From assembly GCA_964016885.1 (NCBI GenBank), contig OZ024743.1, positions 49,042,001 through 49,106,000 on the forward strand: a stretch of 64,000 bases of DNA, given 5' to 3'. This document shows, piece after piece, positions 24,086 through 35,939 of the stretch. How positions within the stretch are numbered: the stretch's first letter is position 1; the number at the start of each line of letters is the position of its first letter. Below the pieces are notes generated by a model. That model made no database searches, was not told the DNA's origin, and saw only the letters and a list, made by a program, of their open reading frames with translations. The position numbers and the translations under genes are program-made. Origin of the DNA: Eledone cirrhosa. Its lineage: Eukaryota.

Positions 24086-25489
24086 ACAATTTATTATAAT
24101 TTTTCTTCAAATTATTTACATTACATTTTCTGGTAAAGCATTCCAAAAATCCAACATATTTTGAGAAAATAATTTATACCTAATATCTGTTCTTTTGTTT
24201 CAATTGTATTTAGCTGGAAAAAACTTGGTGCTATTGATTTGTTCCTTTCCATTAACATTCTTAAAGGTTTCAATTAAATCACATCTAAGTACTTAGTAAT
24301 AGTTTCTTTAATCTTTCTTAGTGAGGTAGTTGCAGTAATTCAGCTACTAGTTTTGTAGTTATTATATGTACGTTTTCAATTTTATTAATGTCCTGTCTTG
24401 GATGTAGCAACTAATTCTTAATACCTTGGGGTGGGGGTGAAACGCAAACAAGTTGCAGTTGTAAGAAAGAATTGAGCAGTTTTTCGTTGTAGACTGGAAG
24501 GTGAGAGTAAAAGGAAGAGGATAGCTGGGTGGTGAGGGCAGCTAGTTGAGGGGAGCAGAGACCAGTGTAGTAAAGACAGGGATAAGAAACGTCATCTCTA
24601 TCAGATGTTGAATGGGAGCTTTTACTTGAATGGCAATATTGAGTATTTTACTTGAATGGGAGCTAATCGGTTGACTAGCAGTTTTATTTTTACTGTTTAG
24701 TCGGGGATAGAATGGTAATGCCAAATAGACATATGCTTGAGAAATCATACTTAAAATTAGTTGATTCGTACTAATAAAAAACAAAACAATATATTGTAAA
24801 ATTATGAAGCAGTAACCATAGATAACAATTATTCGACCTTATTCTGCATTTGAGTGACCTTTACAGAACTCTACGTTCTTTGTATACGACAACTATAACA
24901 ATTAATAAACAGCTAACGTTAACAGGATTAGCAAATCTATTATATAATCAACATAACAATGTACAATGAATAGAGTCATTCTACCAGTAATATAATGTCT
25001 AACATACGTAAGGATGTTATGCTAAAATCGATTAAGTCAAGTGACGTCTAATTTCCTGAGTCTGTAATTGTCACTACACTGTAGGTATGGTACACACATG
25101 CGTTGTGAGAAAAGATCGTAATCCGGATCGTATATAAATATATAATAATCCTTACTATGCTGCGTGCATGGAGAATAGTGTTTACGATGTTACAACTCTG
25201 TCTGGAGTATTCCCGGTGTCGTCAATAGTTTTTCCCGCGAAATGAAGAAGCTTTATTGTTTAACATAAATGTTGTGATGGCGTCATAAACATCAGCTTCT
25301 TTCATTACTCAGCTGATAACTTTATAATGTAGCATCGTTGTAGCTGAGTGTGAATGCTAATTGTTGACGAGATCTAGTAGTCCTCTAAATTAAATCAGAC
25401 CACACTTATGTTTATAATATCCTACAACAGTTAAAATATGTGATTATACACTAAATACGTTATTTCACTTTGTGTATGTATGTATATAT

Positions 25490-25682
25490 ATATTTATTAA
25501 AATAACAGATTAAAGTTTAAGCAAGAAAGATCCCGTTAAGGGTGAAAGCAGTGATTCTTTGCTTAAACTTTAATCTGTTATTTTAATAAATATTTGCTCT
25601 ACGGTTCTTATATATTTGATATATATTTATCCTTATCGAGCCCTCTTTGAATTTTAGTCTTCAAATTTATTATTATTACTAT
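25490..25682 (+). mobile_element. Solo Penelope-like pseudo-LTR 3' fragment with fold-back 5' inversion
   Basis: 25527-25682 matches 52862-53017; 25491-25524 is the perfect reverse complement of 25559-25592; embedded in (TA)n. Confidence 0.8.
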
Positions 25683-25803
25683 ATATATATATTAATAAAA
25701 GGAATTCCAACTTTGTCTGATTTACTCGTTTTATTTACAATCCTTTAAAATTATAATATTATAATGAAATAGTATGGTAGAATATTAAATGTTAGGTGTT
25801 AAT

Positions 25804-25842
25804 TGAACAAGTACGTTCATGCCTTCGCAATCTTCAGGTTCA
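25804..25842 (-). ncRNA. Minimal hammerhead ribozyme motif, probably inactivated (A15.1>C)
   Basis: tgaac-CTGAAGA-t tgc gaag gca t-GAA-C-gtac-T-T-gttca: stem I tgaac/gttca, stem II tgc/gca, stem III one change from palindrome AGTACT. Confidence 0.55.
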
Positions 25843-27139
25843 TACACACCCGTGTATATTTATTTATATATATCTATATATACATATCTCTATATACACA
25901 CACACATATAATACACATGTATGTATGTGTGTACAAGAACAACACATCTAAGGAAACTATTAATAATAAATACATTGTGTGATATATTATGGACAATAAG
26001 ACGACGTTTTCTCTGTATGAGTGTTGTAAACTAGTTTAATTTCATTTCTCTTTTTACTTCTAAGGATGCAAACATGAATGGTGAACAAGATGAGGGGGTG
26101 GGATAACATAGAACTGATTAGTGTTATCTTGACATAGTGAATATCATGGAATATTGATACGGAACCAGGGTGTAGTAATATGAGAAGTTGACATAAAAGG
26201 AAGGAAGAATTAAAGATGTTGACAACGGCTGCCATCATACATGTAGAGAAATGTTCTCTGCGTAAAATGATGACCGGATTTAGTTTAGAAGATCCGCCCG
26301 GATTATTTATCAATTCTTCAGCATTACAGATAAAATAGTTAATATCTTTTATAATTTCATCAACATAAATCATAATAATGGCCGCCTGCTTCTCTCAGGA
26401 AGTCGAAATTTTATCTTAGAGCATTGTATTAGGTACAATTTCCCTTCACAGTCGCCACTGTGTTATTCTACAAAAACAGTCCCAAAATTTTATTTATTTT
26501 CTCTCTGTATTAAATTTTTAAGAATTAACAATAAAACAAATTTTCAAATAATAATTTTTCAAAAAAAGGAAAAATAACGTATTTATATATTTTATAATTG
26601 TTTAAAAACTGGGATTGGCTCTAAATAACGAAACACGGAGTCTAACGAAACCAAATGCATTTTCTAGTCTTTGCAAGAAATTAAACAAAGAAAATTATTG
26701 CATCACAGAATATTGTTTTATTCTAAAATGAAATATACATATATTTTAAAATCTGCATTGAAATATTTCTTTTCCATCGTCTTGGAACTGGAAATATTTT
26801 AATTGTAATTTGTGACATATATATCAGGTACAGGAATATTGAGATAAAGGTATATTTTAATCAATGATATAATTTCCAAATGATCACCATTCATTTTAGT
26901 CAAATAATATATATATATGTAAGGTATATTTTCCATAAATCAAATTGTGAAATATCTATATCAACGAAAGTGAAAAATAAATTAAATATAATGTAAAACT
27001 GCATATATTACACAATATAAAATAGATATATAAACTATATGACATATTTACTAATAATAGTTAAGCCATTCAATGAAGAGTAGGTGACCTTTTAAATAAT
27101 TCGTTTCGTAAATACATGACTAAATTTAGTTGTTGTATC

Positions 27140-27215
27140 ACTTCCGGAATAATAAATCCGGGACATTTTTCTGCGCGGCCATTACTGTATTCAGGACCGA
27201 CGGCGGCCATGGTAG
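27140..27215 (+). promoter_or_regulatory. Candidate core promoter of the GIN-like gene (ETS + YY1-like motifs)
   Basis: Local CpG-rich patch in AT-rich DNA; ACTTCCGG at 27140-27147, GCGGCCAT at 27175 and 27203, just upstream of ATG 27277. Confidence 0.55.
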
Positions 27216-27276
27216 TCGGGGAAGCAATCTCCCGATGAAAGATTTTCCCAGGATTTCTAAATTTCATTTATAAAAC

Positions 27277-27574
27277 ATGAAGATTAAAAAGAAGCATGTC
27301 GATCTGTCGGCAGTCAGTCATTATCTTAGACATGGACAATATCCAGAAGGACTATCCGATTCAGACAAACGATGTGTAAGAAAAAGATCCAAGGATTTCA
27401 GATTGAAAGCTGGCGTGCTATACTTTGTACGAGATCCGAAGAATGACCCGGGCAACTCAAGCGGAGCTGAGAGCGACTCAGAACGGCCTTCCACAGAACA
27501 GGTCTGGAGAGAAGTGCTACATAAAGCTGAAGAAATTCGGAAAGCTTTTCTTGAATGCCACGTGGACAATCAAG
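27277..27574 (+). CDS. GIN1/Ginger-like integrase-derived protein, coding exon 1
   Basis: AAACATG start; MKIKKKHVDLSAVSHYLRHGQYPEGLSDSDKRCVRKRSKDFRLKAGVLYF...EEIRKAFLECHVDNQ(G), paralleling the GIN1 N-terminus; donor G|GTAAAA, phase 1. Confidence 0.8.
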
Positions 27575-28690
27575 GTAAAATTGAATTATTTTGAACTCTA
27601 TTACATACACACACCATCGATCGAAAACAACCTTTTGTTCTATTTATACTTCACCATTTTATAATTGATTCCAATGTTGTTGTTTTTTATATTTTACTTG
27701 AATTTGCCAATCAAAGTGTTTATTTGTTAAGTCAATGCCTGGTTCCAAACGATTGTTATACTTTCGTCATTGCTATCTCTGGCGGTAAAATAAACAATTA
27801 AGACACTTAACTAAACCTTATCTACTTCACTCTTCTGTCCATTTGTTCTTTGATTAACCTCTCTTATGTTCAAGATTATGATGTTTTAGTTTCATTACGA
27901 TACTAATTTAAGTGTTTAACTGGAATATAGCCTTGGATGGCCATCAATAAATTACTATTTTCTTTTCGTTTACATCAATGTTGCTATATTCTAAAACGGT
28001 GTAAACCCATATGAACCTGCACTATACTGAATCTTGACCCGCTTCATTGACCCAGTCGAACAGCAGGGTTATGTATTATACAAATATTAATTAATTGAAA
28101 AAAAAGTTAATATAATTAATCCATAAAATAGCTCACCATTTTCAAAATATATTTTCTATTATTTTCTGGAGCTTGATGTAAAACAAAATTGTGTATATAC
28201 ATACATCCAGAAGATGCTGTGATACTGGGATAATATTTGCGAAAATCCTTAACAATATATAATTCCTGTTAAGTATTTGGTACTGGAAACAAGAAACCTG
28301 CATATCATCTGACGCAAACACTGCTACGAACAAATAATATATATATATATATAAAGTAGTATCACTAACACAGTGTGATTCAGAATAAAGACGTATATGG
28401 AAATGCATGCAATGTGTTTATATATAATGAATATACTTAAATCTCGCTATGGGCATTTAAAACTGTGATCATGTCACAACTACCTCAGTAATCGTGTGAG
28501 AACGCCGAATACTAGTATTTCATGGTCTTCAATTATGTTTACTGTCTCTATACTGAGCTAGATAAGCCAATAGCTTATATTATAGATTTTCTGCAAATGA
28601 TACATTTATGGTGACGCTCATTTATATATAGTGCAGGCTTGATAGGCTGGTATGAATTAGCAATAGCACTGACATTATGTGTAATCTATG

Positions 28691-28736
28691 TATTAGCTGA
28701 AGATGGATAAAGATCCTGAAATACTAGTATCTGGTG
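28691..28736 (+). ncRNA. Minimal hammerhead-like motif (PLE type) with weak stem I
   Basis: CTGAAGA(28697)-t gga taaaga tcc t-GAAA-tactagta-TC; stem III is the perfect palindrome ATACTAGTAT; stem I pairs only via G.U. Decayed inverted relative at ~28498-28535. Confidence 0.5.
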
Positions 28737-29214
28737 TTCTCAAATGGTTACCGATTACAGCTTAAAAGACCCACTGAGACTTATGTGTTTATTTTACGAC
28801 ATAAACATATATATGCTTTCATATATGCCTATTTCTCTTTCTCTCTCTCTCTCTCTCGATATATATATGATAACTGCAATTTGCAAAGAATGTCATATCA
28901 AGCATTGCCTATGCTTTAAGCTTTTTTAAGGAAAGAAAGACTTTGCATGGGGCCAATCCCCCTTTCTGAACATTGAATACATTTGCCCCCAGAAGAACTG
29001 GGCTACATCATTGGATGCAGGTTTTATATCAGTGTGACCTTCTAGAGTGATGTCTTAATGAAGACTAGGAGTCTCTCACTCCACAAAAAAAAAACGTGGA
29101 TGGTCGTTGACTCTCCTGAGTTCCTCCGCCCTTTGACGGGTTCTGATTTTCATCCCGCAGGGTGTCCAAAATAACCCTCCTCAGCAAGCAAGCGTATATA
29201 TATACATATATATT

Positions 29215-30848
29215 TGTATTTTGGGCTCATATTGATAACTATAAGGTCAAAGGAACAATTATAGAGATGAAAAGTGGTAAGGCTGTTGGACTGTCAGTGA
29301 TAGTCGCTGAGATGTTAAAGGCTTCAGGAGAAGTAGGAACTAAACTAGTTACTCGCATAGTCAATCAAGTAATATATGGCGGAGTCATACCCAAAGAGTG
29401 GTGCATCAGTATACTTATTAACTGCTACAAAGGTAAAGGGGATGCTCTGGAGAGGAGCAATTATAAGGGCATAAAACTGATGGATCAGGTTATGAAAGTG
29501 ACAGAAAGAGTGCTGGCACAACTAATTAGAGATAGGGTCGAATTAGATGAGATGCAGTTTGGTTTTGTGTCCAGGAAAAGTACAACAGATGCCCTCTTCT
29601 TAGTAAGACAACAAGAGAGGTTCTTAGAAAAGAATAAGCCACTATATTTAGCTTATATTGACCTAGAGAAGGCCTTTGATAGAGTACCTCTATTAAGCTG
29701 TAATCGGTAACCATTTGAGAACACCAGATACTAGTATTTCAGGATCTTTATCCATCTTCAGCTAATACATAGATTACACATATTGTAAACTCGGTGGAGA
29801 GGAATGGCTTGTGAGGACAGAGGTGCTGTCAGTAAAGTGAGGGTAGGATTGGAGTTTAGTGAGGAATTCCAGATACAAGTAGGTGTTCATCAAGGTTCGG
29901 TCCTCAGCCCACTTTTGTTCATTATAGTTCTCCAAGCCATAACAGAGGAGTTTAAGACTGGCTGGTCATGGGAACTTCTCTATGCTGACGATCTGGTACT
30001 TATAGCAGAATCAGTAGAGGAGTTAGAGAATAAATTCCGGCTGTGGAAACAACAGTTAGCAAAGACTAAAGTATTCATAAGTAGGAAAGTGGACAAAACT
30101 CTGATTCCATCAGGCAAACAGCCATGCTCGATATGTAGAAAATGAGTTGGCATAAAATGTACACAATGCAAATCTTGGGTATACAAGAGGTGTAGTGAGA
30201 TAGCAGGCAAACTAACAGGAAAAGAAAATTTTGTATGTAGATGTTCAGGGAAAATTAATAGAAGTGTCAGTGATTGGCACATTTTTCAAATGCAGGTAGG
30301 ATCTATAGGGGCGGCTGATAGCTTCCGATATCTAGGTGATCAAATTAGCAAGGAAGAAGGATGCTCCGAGGCCATAGTATCTAGAATAAGGACAGGATGG
30401 AAGAAATTTAGGGAGCTGCTTCCTCTATTGACAACGAAGGGTTTCTCCCTGAATGAAAGGTTGGATGCCTGTGTGAGTTGCGCGATGCTGCATGGTAGTG
30501 AGACATGGGCAACAACTGTGGAGGATATGCGAAGTCTGGAGAGAAATGAAACCAGCATGCTCTGATCAATGTGCGTGAATGACCAAACATGAACGAGATG
30601 AGAGAGAAGCTGTGTATAAAAGGAATAAACTGTAGTATGCATGAGAGAAGACTATGTTGGTATGGCCATGTGATGCACATGGTGCCAAGTAATCCCAGTG
30701 GAAAGAAGACCACAGAAAACATGAGCGGAGGAGGTGAGAGCTGAAGCTCACAGGAGATGATGAGGGACCATGCCGAATGGAAAGATGCTGTGCTGAAGAG
30801 GACCCTCCCACCCTTGCAAGCAGGGAAAAGCGGACATAAGATGATGAT
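29215..30848 (+). mobile_element. RTE family C relic (RT to 3' end)
   Basis: NYKGIKLMDQ, DLEKAFDRVP, HQGSVLSP, YADD, FRYLGD; tail CCCTTGCAAGCAGGGAAAAGCGGAC(ATG)n. Confidence 0.9.
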
Positions 30849-31329
30849 ATATATATATATATATATATGCTCCGATAGATGTGTAATAGTAGTATATGTG
30901 AATGGCAAAGCATAAAGGAACTGAGAGAGAAACTAGCCATAAGAGGATGCAGTGTCAGGCAAGGAGATTGTGTTGGTATAGACATGTGATGTGTATGAAA
31001 GACAACAGTTGTATAAAAAGGTGCAGAACACTCAAAGTTGATGGAAGCTATGCAGTAGGAAGACCCAGAAAGATTTGGGATAAACTGATAAACACTACCC
31101 TTTTTGGGAGGTGTTTTTGATGCCCACAGAGTAGGATTGGTCGAGTGCAAGGCCTTTCCCACTTAAAAAACCTTCAAATCACAGGCATTGTTTCTTCAGA
31201 ATATGTTACAGGTTCGTGTGGCTGGCCGTAGCCTAAAAGTGCACCAGTTTCTGTAATCTGACAAGCGATTGCAATACTCTTAGCAGAGTTTGCAGCCATC
31301 ATGTATGTGGATATATATATACATATATA

Positions 31330-34300
31330 TCATCATCACCATTTTACGTCCATTTTTCCACGCTGGCATGGGTTAGACAGATTGTCCTGTTGTGGGTAAT
31401 GTTAAGTCAGTTGACCATGTCTTGCTCATACAGGAACTGATTTTGGCTTGATTTCTACAGCTGGATGCCTTTCTTAACACCAACCTCATTTACAGTGAGT
31501 GCTGGATGTTTTTTTCCGTGGCGCCTATACATCCACTTTACAGTGTGGTCTGGGGGCTTTTTTGTGGTGACACCTCCACGACCACTTTGCAGTGGGAGGG
31601 GAGAGGAGGAATATTGTCTATATGCTTCGGCTTCAGCTTGTTCCCGTGGTTTTCTGTATTATTGCGTGACACCAGAGGTCACGGTCCTTGTCGTCGCCGT
31701 TAAGAGGTGCAATTGCGCAAGGTCCGCTTTTATCACCTTGTCCCAGGTCTTCTTGGGTCTCCCCACTCCATGCTTCCATCAACCTTTAGTGCTCTGCACC
31801 TTTTTATGCAGCTGTCATCCTTCATACGCATCACATGTCCATACCAACGCATCCTCTTTTCCTGCACACAGCATTTGATTCCTCTTATGCTCAGTCTCTT
31901 TCTCAGTTCGTTTATGCTTTGCTGTTCGGGTATATTACTATTACACATCCATTGGAACATGCAAGCTTCTTTTCTTTCTAATCTACGCAAGTCTTCTACA
32001 CACAGCACCCAGGTCTCACTACCATGTAACATTGCTGTTCGTGTACACACATCATACAGTCTGCCTTTCATTTGGAGGGAAAAGCCTTTTGCAGCTAGCA
32101 GTGGTAGTGGCTCCCTGAACTTCTTCCATCCCATTCTTACCCTGGTTACTGTACTTTCAGAACACCCACCTCCGCTGCTAATTTGGTCACTTAGGTAGCA
32201 GAAGCTATCTACTGTTTCTACAGAGCCCTCCCAGATTTTGGTAGTGCTTGTTTCCTGTGGCTGTTTGCTGCTGCTACATGTAAAGGCTACATTCCTAACT
32301 AAGCTTCCTGAGATCCCACTACATCTCTTGTGTACCCATAGTTTGCATTTGGGGCAGAGGATAGAATTCCTACATACTGAGCAAGAATATTTCTCTGAGG
32401 GGATCTGGGTTGTTTTCTCGTCTACTTATGAGGACCTTAGTCTTTGTCAGGTTGACTTTGAGACCTTTTCTTTCTAGTCCTTGCTTTTATGTTTGGAATT
32501 TCTTCTTTAGTTCCTCCATAGATTCAGCTATAAGTGTAAGATCATCTGCATACAGAAGTTCCCATGGGCATCTGGTCTTAAACTCTGTTATAGCCTGCAC
32601 TACGATAATAAACAAGAGAGGGCTAAGAACAGAGCCCTGGTGGACATCGACCTGCATGCTAAATTCCTCGCTATTGTCATTGTTAACCCTAACTTTGCTG
32701 ACTGCTCCCCTATACATGGCTTGCACAGCTTTCACGAGCCATTCATCTACTCCTAGTTTTCTAAGAACCCACCAGATTATAGCACGGGGCACTCTGTCGA
32801 AGGCTTTTTCCAGATCGACAAATGCCAGGTGGAGCGGTTTACTTTTAGCTCGGTTCTTTTCCTGTAACTGCCTCACAAGGAAGAGAGCATCAGTGGTGCT
32901 TTTTCCTGGCACAAACCCAAACTGCATCTCATCTAGTTTTACCCGGTCCCTAATCAACTGTGCTATAACTCTTTCCATTACTTTCATGACCTGGTCCATC
33001 AGCTTTATACTTCTATAGTTTCCTCTATCTAGTGCATCTCCTGACAATGATGCTACTGCACCAATCGTTTGGTATGACACCCTCTTGTATTACCTGGTTA
33101 ACAATACGTGTGGTTACGGTGTGACCTACCGACCCAGATGCCTTCAGCATCTCGGCAGCTATACCCGATGGACCGGTTGCCTTCCCCGTCTTCATATCTT
33201 TAATTGCTTTACTTACTACGCTACTGCTGACTTGTACTGTTGGCCCCACTATAGGGTATACTTGGGGTAGGGTCTCTTTCTCCCATGCATTCTCTTATTT
33301 AGTAATCTTTCATAATGGTTCTTCCATGCTTCCATGCTTTCTTCTCGGCACTTGTGAGGGCAAGCTCACCTTTATCATTCTGGACACACTTCTCTCCAAT
33401 GACATCACAATTTTCTCTAACACACTGCCTCGCAATCCTGAACACCTCCTGTTTCTGGTCCTCACGTTGCAAAACATGCTTGAATTTTCTATCCTCCGCT
33501 TCCCTCCTGGTCTCTATGTAATGTACCCTGCTTCCTCCATTCTTCCATTCTTTCCATACCTGTCTCTTGGCTTTAACTGCTTCATCTACCTTATTGTTCC
33601 ACCACCAAGTCACTCTCCTCCTCCCTGTGGTCTTGCTCAAACCACAAATCTCGTCTGTCGCCTTTAGTAAGTTATTTTTTAGGAACTCCCAGTGCTCTTC
33701 TACATTGAATGTCTCTAACTGTTCTTCTTTACTGTCATAGGCGTTGAGTAAGATACCCTTAAATCTGTTACTGACTGAGGGGTCTTTCAGCTTCCAGATC
33801 TTTCTTCTCCAAGTTGCCTTTTGTTTCCAAGTAACTCTAGTTCTGACAATGAGGTCGCTGACAACTAAGTTGTGTTGGGAGGTACATTCCTCACCAGGGA
33901 AGGCTTTTGTGTTTTCAACCATCGATCTATCTCGTCCTTTGATAAGGATAAAATCTATCTGACTAGAATGCTTCCCTGATCTATAGGTGATCAGAGGGTT
34001 GTCGGGTTTTTTTAAGTTTGTGTTACATATTGACATGTCATTGGCGTTGCAGAATTCTAGGGGTCTGAAGCCTTCTTCATTTCTTGCGCCAAACCCATAG
34101 CCTCCATGGACACTATAGAAGCTGTCACAGTGTTTAGCAACGTGTCCGTTAAAGTCTCCTGCAATGATTAGGTAGTCATTGTCGTTTGTTAGGGCAGTAG
34201 TGTGCATTAGGGACTCGTAAAACCTATGCTGAGGTTCGTCTGACAACCCCAATTGGGATGCATAAGCTGATATGATTGTAGCAATTGTTTTATTCAGGAC

Positions 34301-34590
34301 TAGTCTGAGTTTAATGATTCTTGCGTTCACCCTGCTCACTGAGATTACCTTATCTACACATTTGTCAGCTAATAGTATACCCACACCACCCGGAAACATT
34401 TATAGCACTCATTTTCGCCTACAAACACTCTAGCAGACCTTCCTCTCCGTCTAGTCTCTTGCACACAGCATGCGTCAATTCCCTTTCGCTCTCGCATCTC
34501 TACAATTTCTCCTCTTCCTTTCATCGTGCATACATTCATGGTGCGAACCTGGAGTTTTGGGCATTCGCCATTACTTGTGGGAATGGGTGG
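31330..34590 (-). mobile_element. RTE family B, near-full-length decayed copy (APE-RT-3'UTR)
   Basis: ORFs 33299-34399 (APE: GDFNGHV, QIDFIL), 32487-33080 (RT: YADD) and 31733-32134; frameshifted. Confidence 0.92.
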
Positions 34591-34645
34591 ATATATATAT
34601 GTATACATATATATATGTGTATATATATGTATATCTATATATATA

Positions 34646-35925
34646 CAGGGTGCGGATGATATTTGTTTGCAAGATTACTGTCGAGGAAAAAATAACACAG
34701 TAGTTTTATTTTTTTTAAATATATTTATCAAACTTGGGTCAGTTTGTCTTCATGATTTGTTCTTTCGATCTCATTCGATAAACCCGCCATTGGCTTTGAT
34801 GATGGCCTCGGAACCGGCTAGAGGCCTTCGTCACTGTCCCCCGACTTAGGCCCCTAAAGGCACTTGTGATCCTGGCCTTCAGATCGTCTTTTGTATTGCA
34901 GCTAGATCTGTTGGTGTCTTGTTCCACTGCGCCCCACACAAAGAAGTCGAGGGGGTTGCAGTCAGGCGAGCTGGGAGACCAGATGTCAGGTGAAGTGTGG
35001 TCGACGATGTTCTCTGACATCCAGGCTTGGGTCTTTCGGCTGGTATGGCAGGGCGGTGAATCTTGCTGCCACACGTACGGCCTAGCTGCAGCTATCTGGT
35101 CGATCCAGGGCTTTACTACCTCGCTCAGAACGTGGATGTAGCCATCGGTGTTCAGCTTGAGGCCCTCAGGGAAGAAGTGAGGTGGCATGACGACACCTAA
35201 GACCAATGTTGTCGCTGGAAACTTTGTTTGCATGACTCTGGGCACGTCTTTGGATGAGACAGCGAGCCACCTGTTGTTCTGGGAGTTGATCTTCTGGTCT
35301 TGGCAGAAGGTTTTCTCATCGGAGAAAAACCACAGCATGTCTGGCTCCAGTGGGTGTTTCAACTTGTTGATCAGCTTCTTTGCATGCTTCAGTCACTTTT
35401 CTTGCATTGCCTTTGACAGAAATTGTCCTTTCCTCATCTTGTATGAAACATAGCGAATGTCTTCATGTACCACCAGCCTAATGAGGTTTTCATCCACGCC
35501 TTTCTCCCTTGCAATGGCATGCATCGACTTGCTGGGTTCATTGTTGATGATATCCTGAACTTTAGCGACAAACTCGGGCGTTCTGAAGGCGTCAGATCGT
35601 CGATCATGTGTTTTCCTCTCAGATGTTGCTTCGTAGTCGAATCCTGAATCTTCCAATTCCTTTCTGACCTTTTCCACCATTCTCCAGCTCATGCTGAGAA
35701 AGTCTGACATTTCCTTATTTGTCCTCCCGGTGCGGATTCCAAGAAGAACTCTGTGTCTCTTCCACAAATTTGGAGGTTGAAAATTATTCATAATCATTTA
35801 TTCTGAAAATAAATAATGGAAATATAGTCACTGTTTTTATGAAGACCAGAGTGACAACAGAAGTAAAAAAAAAATTGCATAAAATTAACAGTTGAAAATT
35901 GCAAACAAATATTGTCCACACCCTG
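34646..35925 (-). mobile_element. Tc1/mariner DD37D (maT-type) DNA transposon, defective
   Basis: 27-bp TIRs CAGGGTG(C/T)GGA..ATATTTGTTTGCAA (24/27 match), TA on both sides; transposase 35797-34739 with one in-frame TGA; FSDEK...QQD-x37-D (SPDCNPLD). Confidence 0.92.
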
Positions 35926-35939
35926 TATATATATATATA

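Noticed and set aside
25987-26373. 128-aa minus ORF as a protein-coding gene
   Set aside because: No recognisable domain or splice support; kept only as part of the divergent-promoter hypothesis.
29100-29190. CTGAGGA...GAAA on the minus strand as a hammerhead or HDV-like ribozyme
   Set aside because: Stem II does not close onto GAAA and no stem I/III pairing or HDV pseudoknot could be built; more likely the 5'UTR of another LINE.
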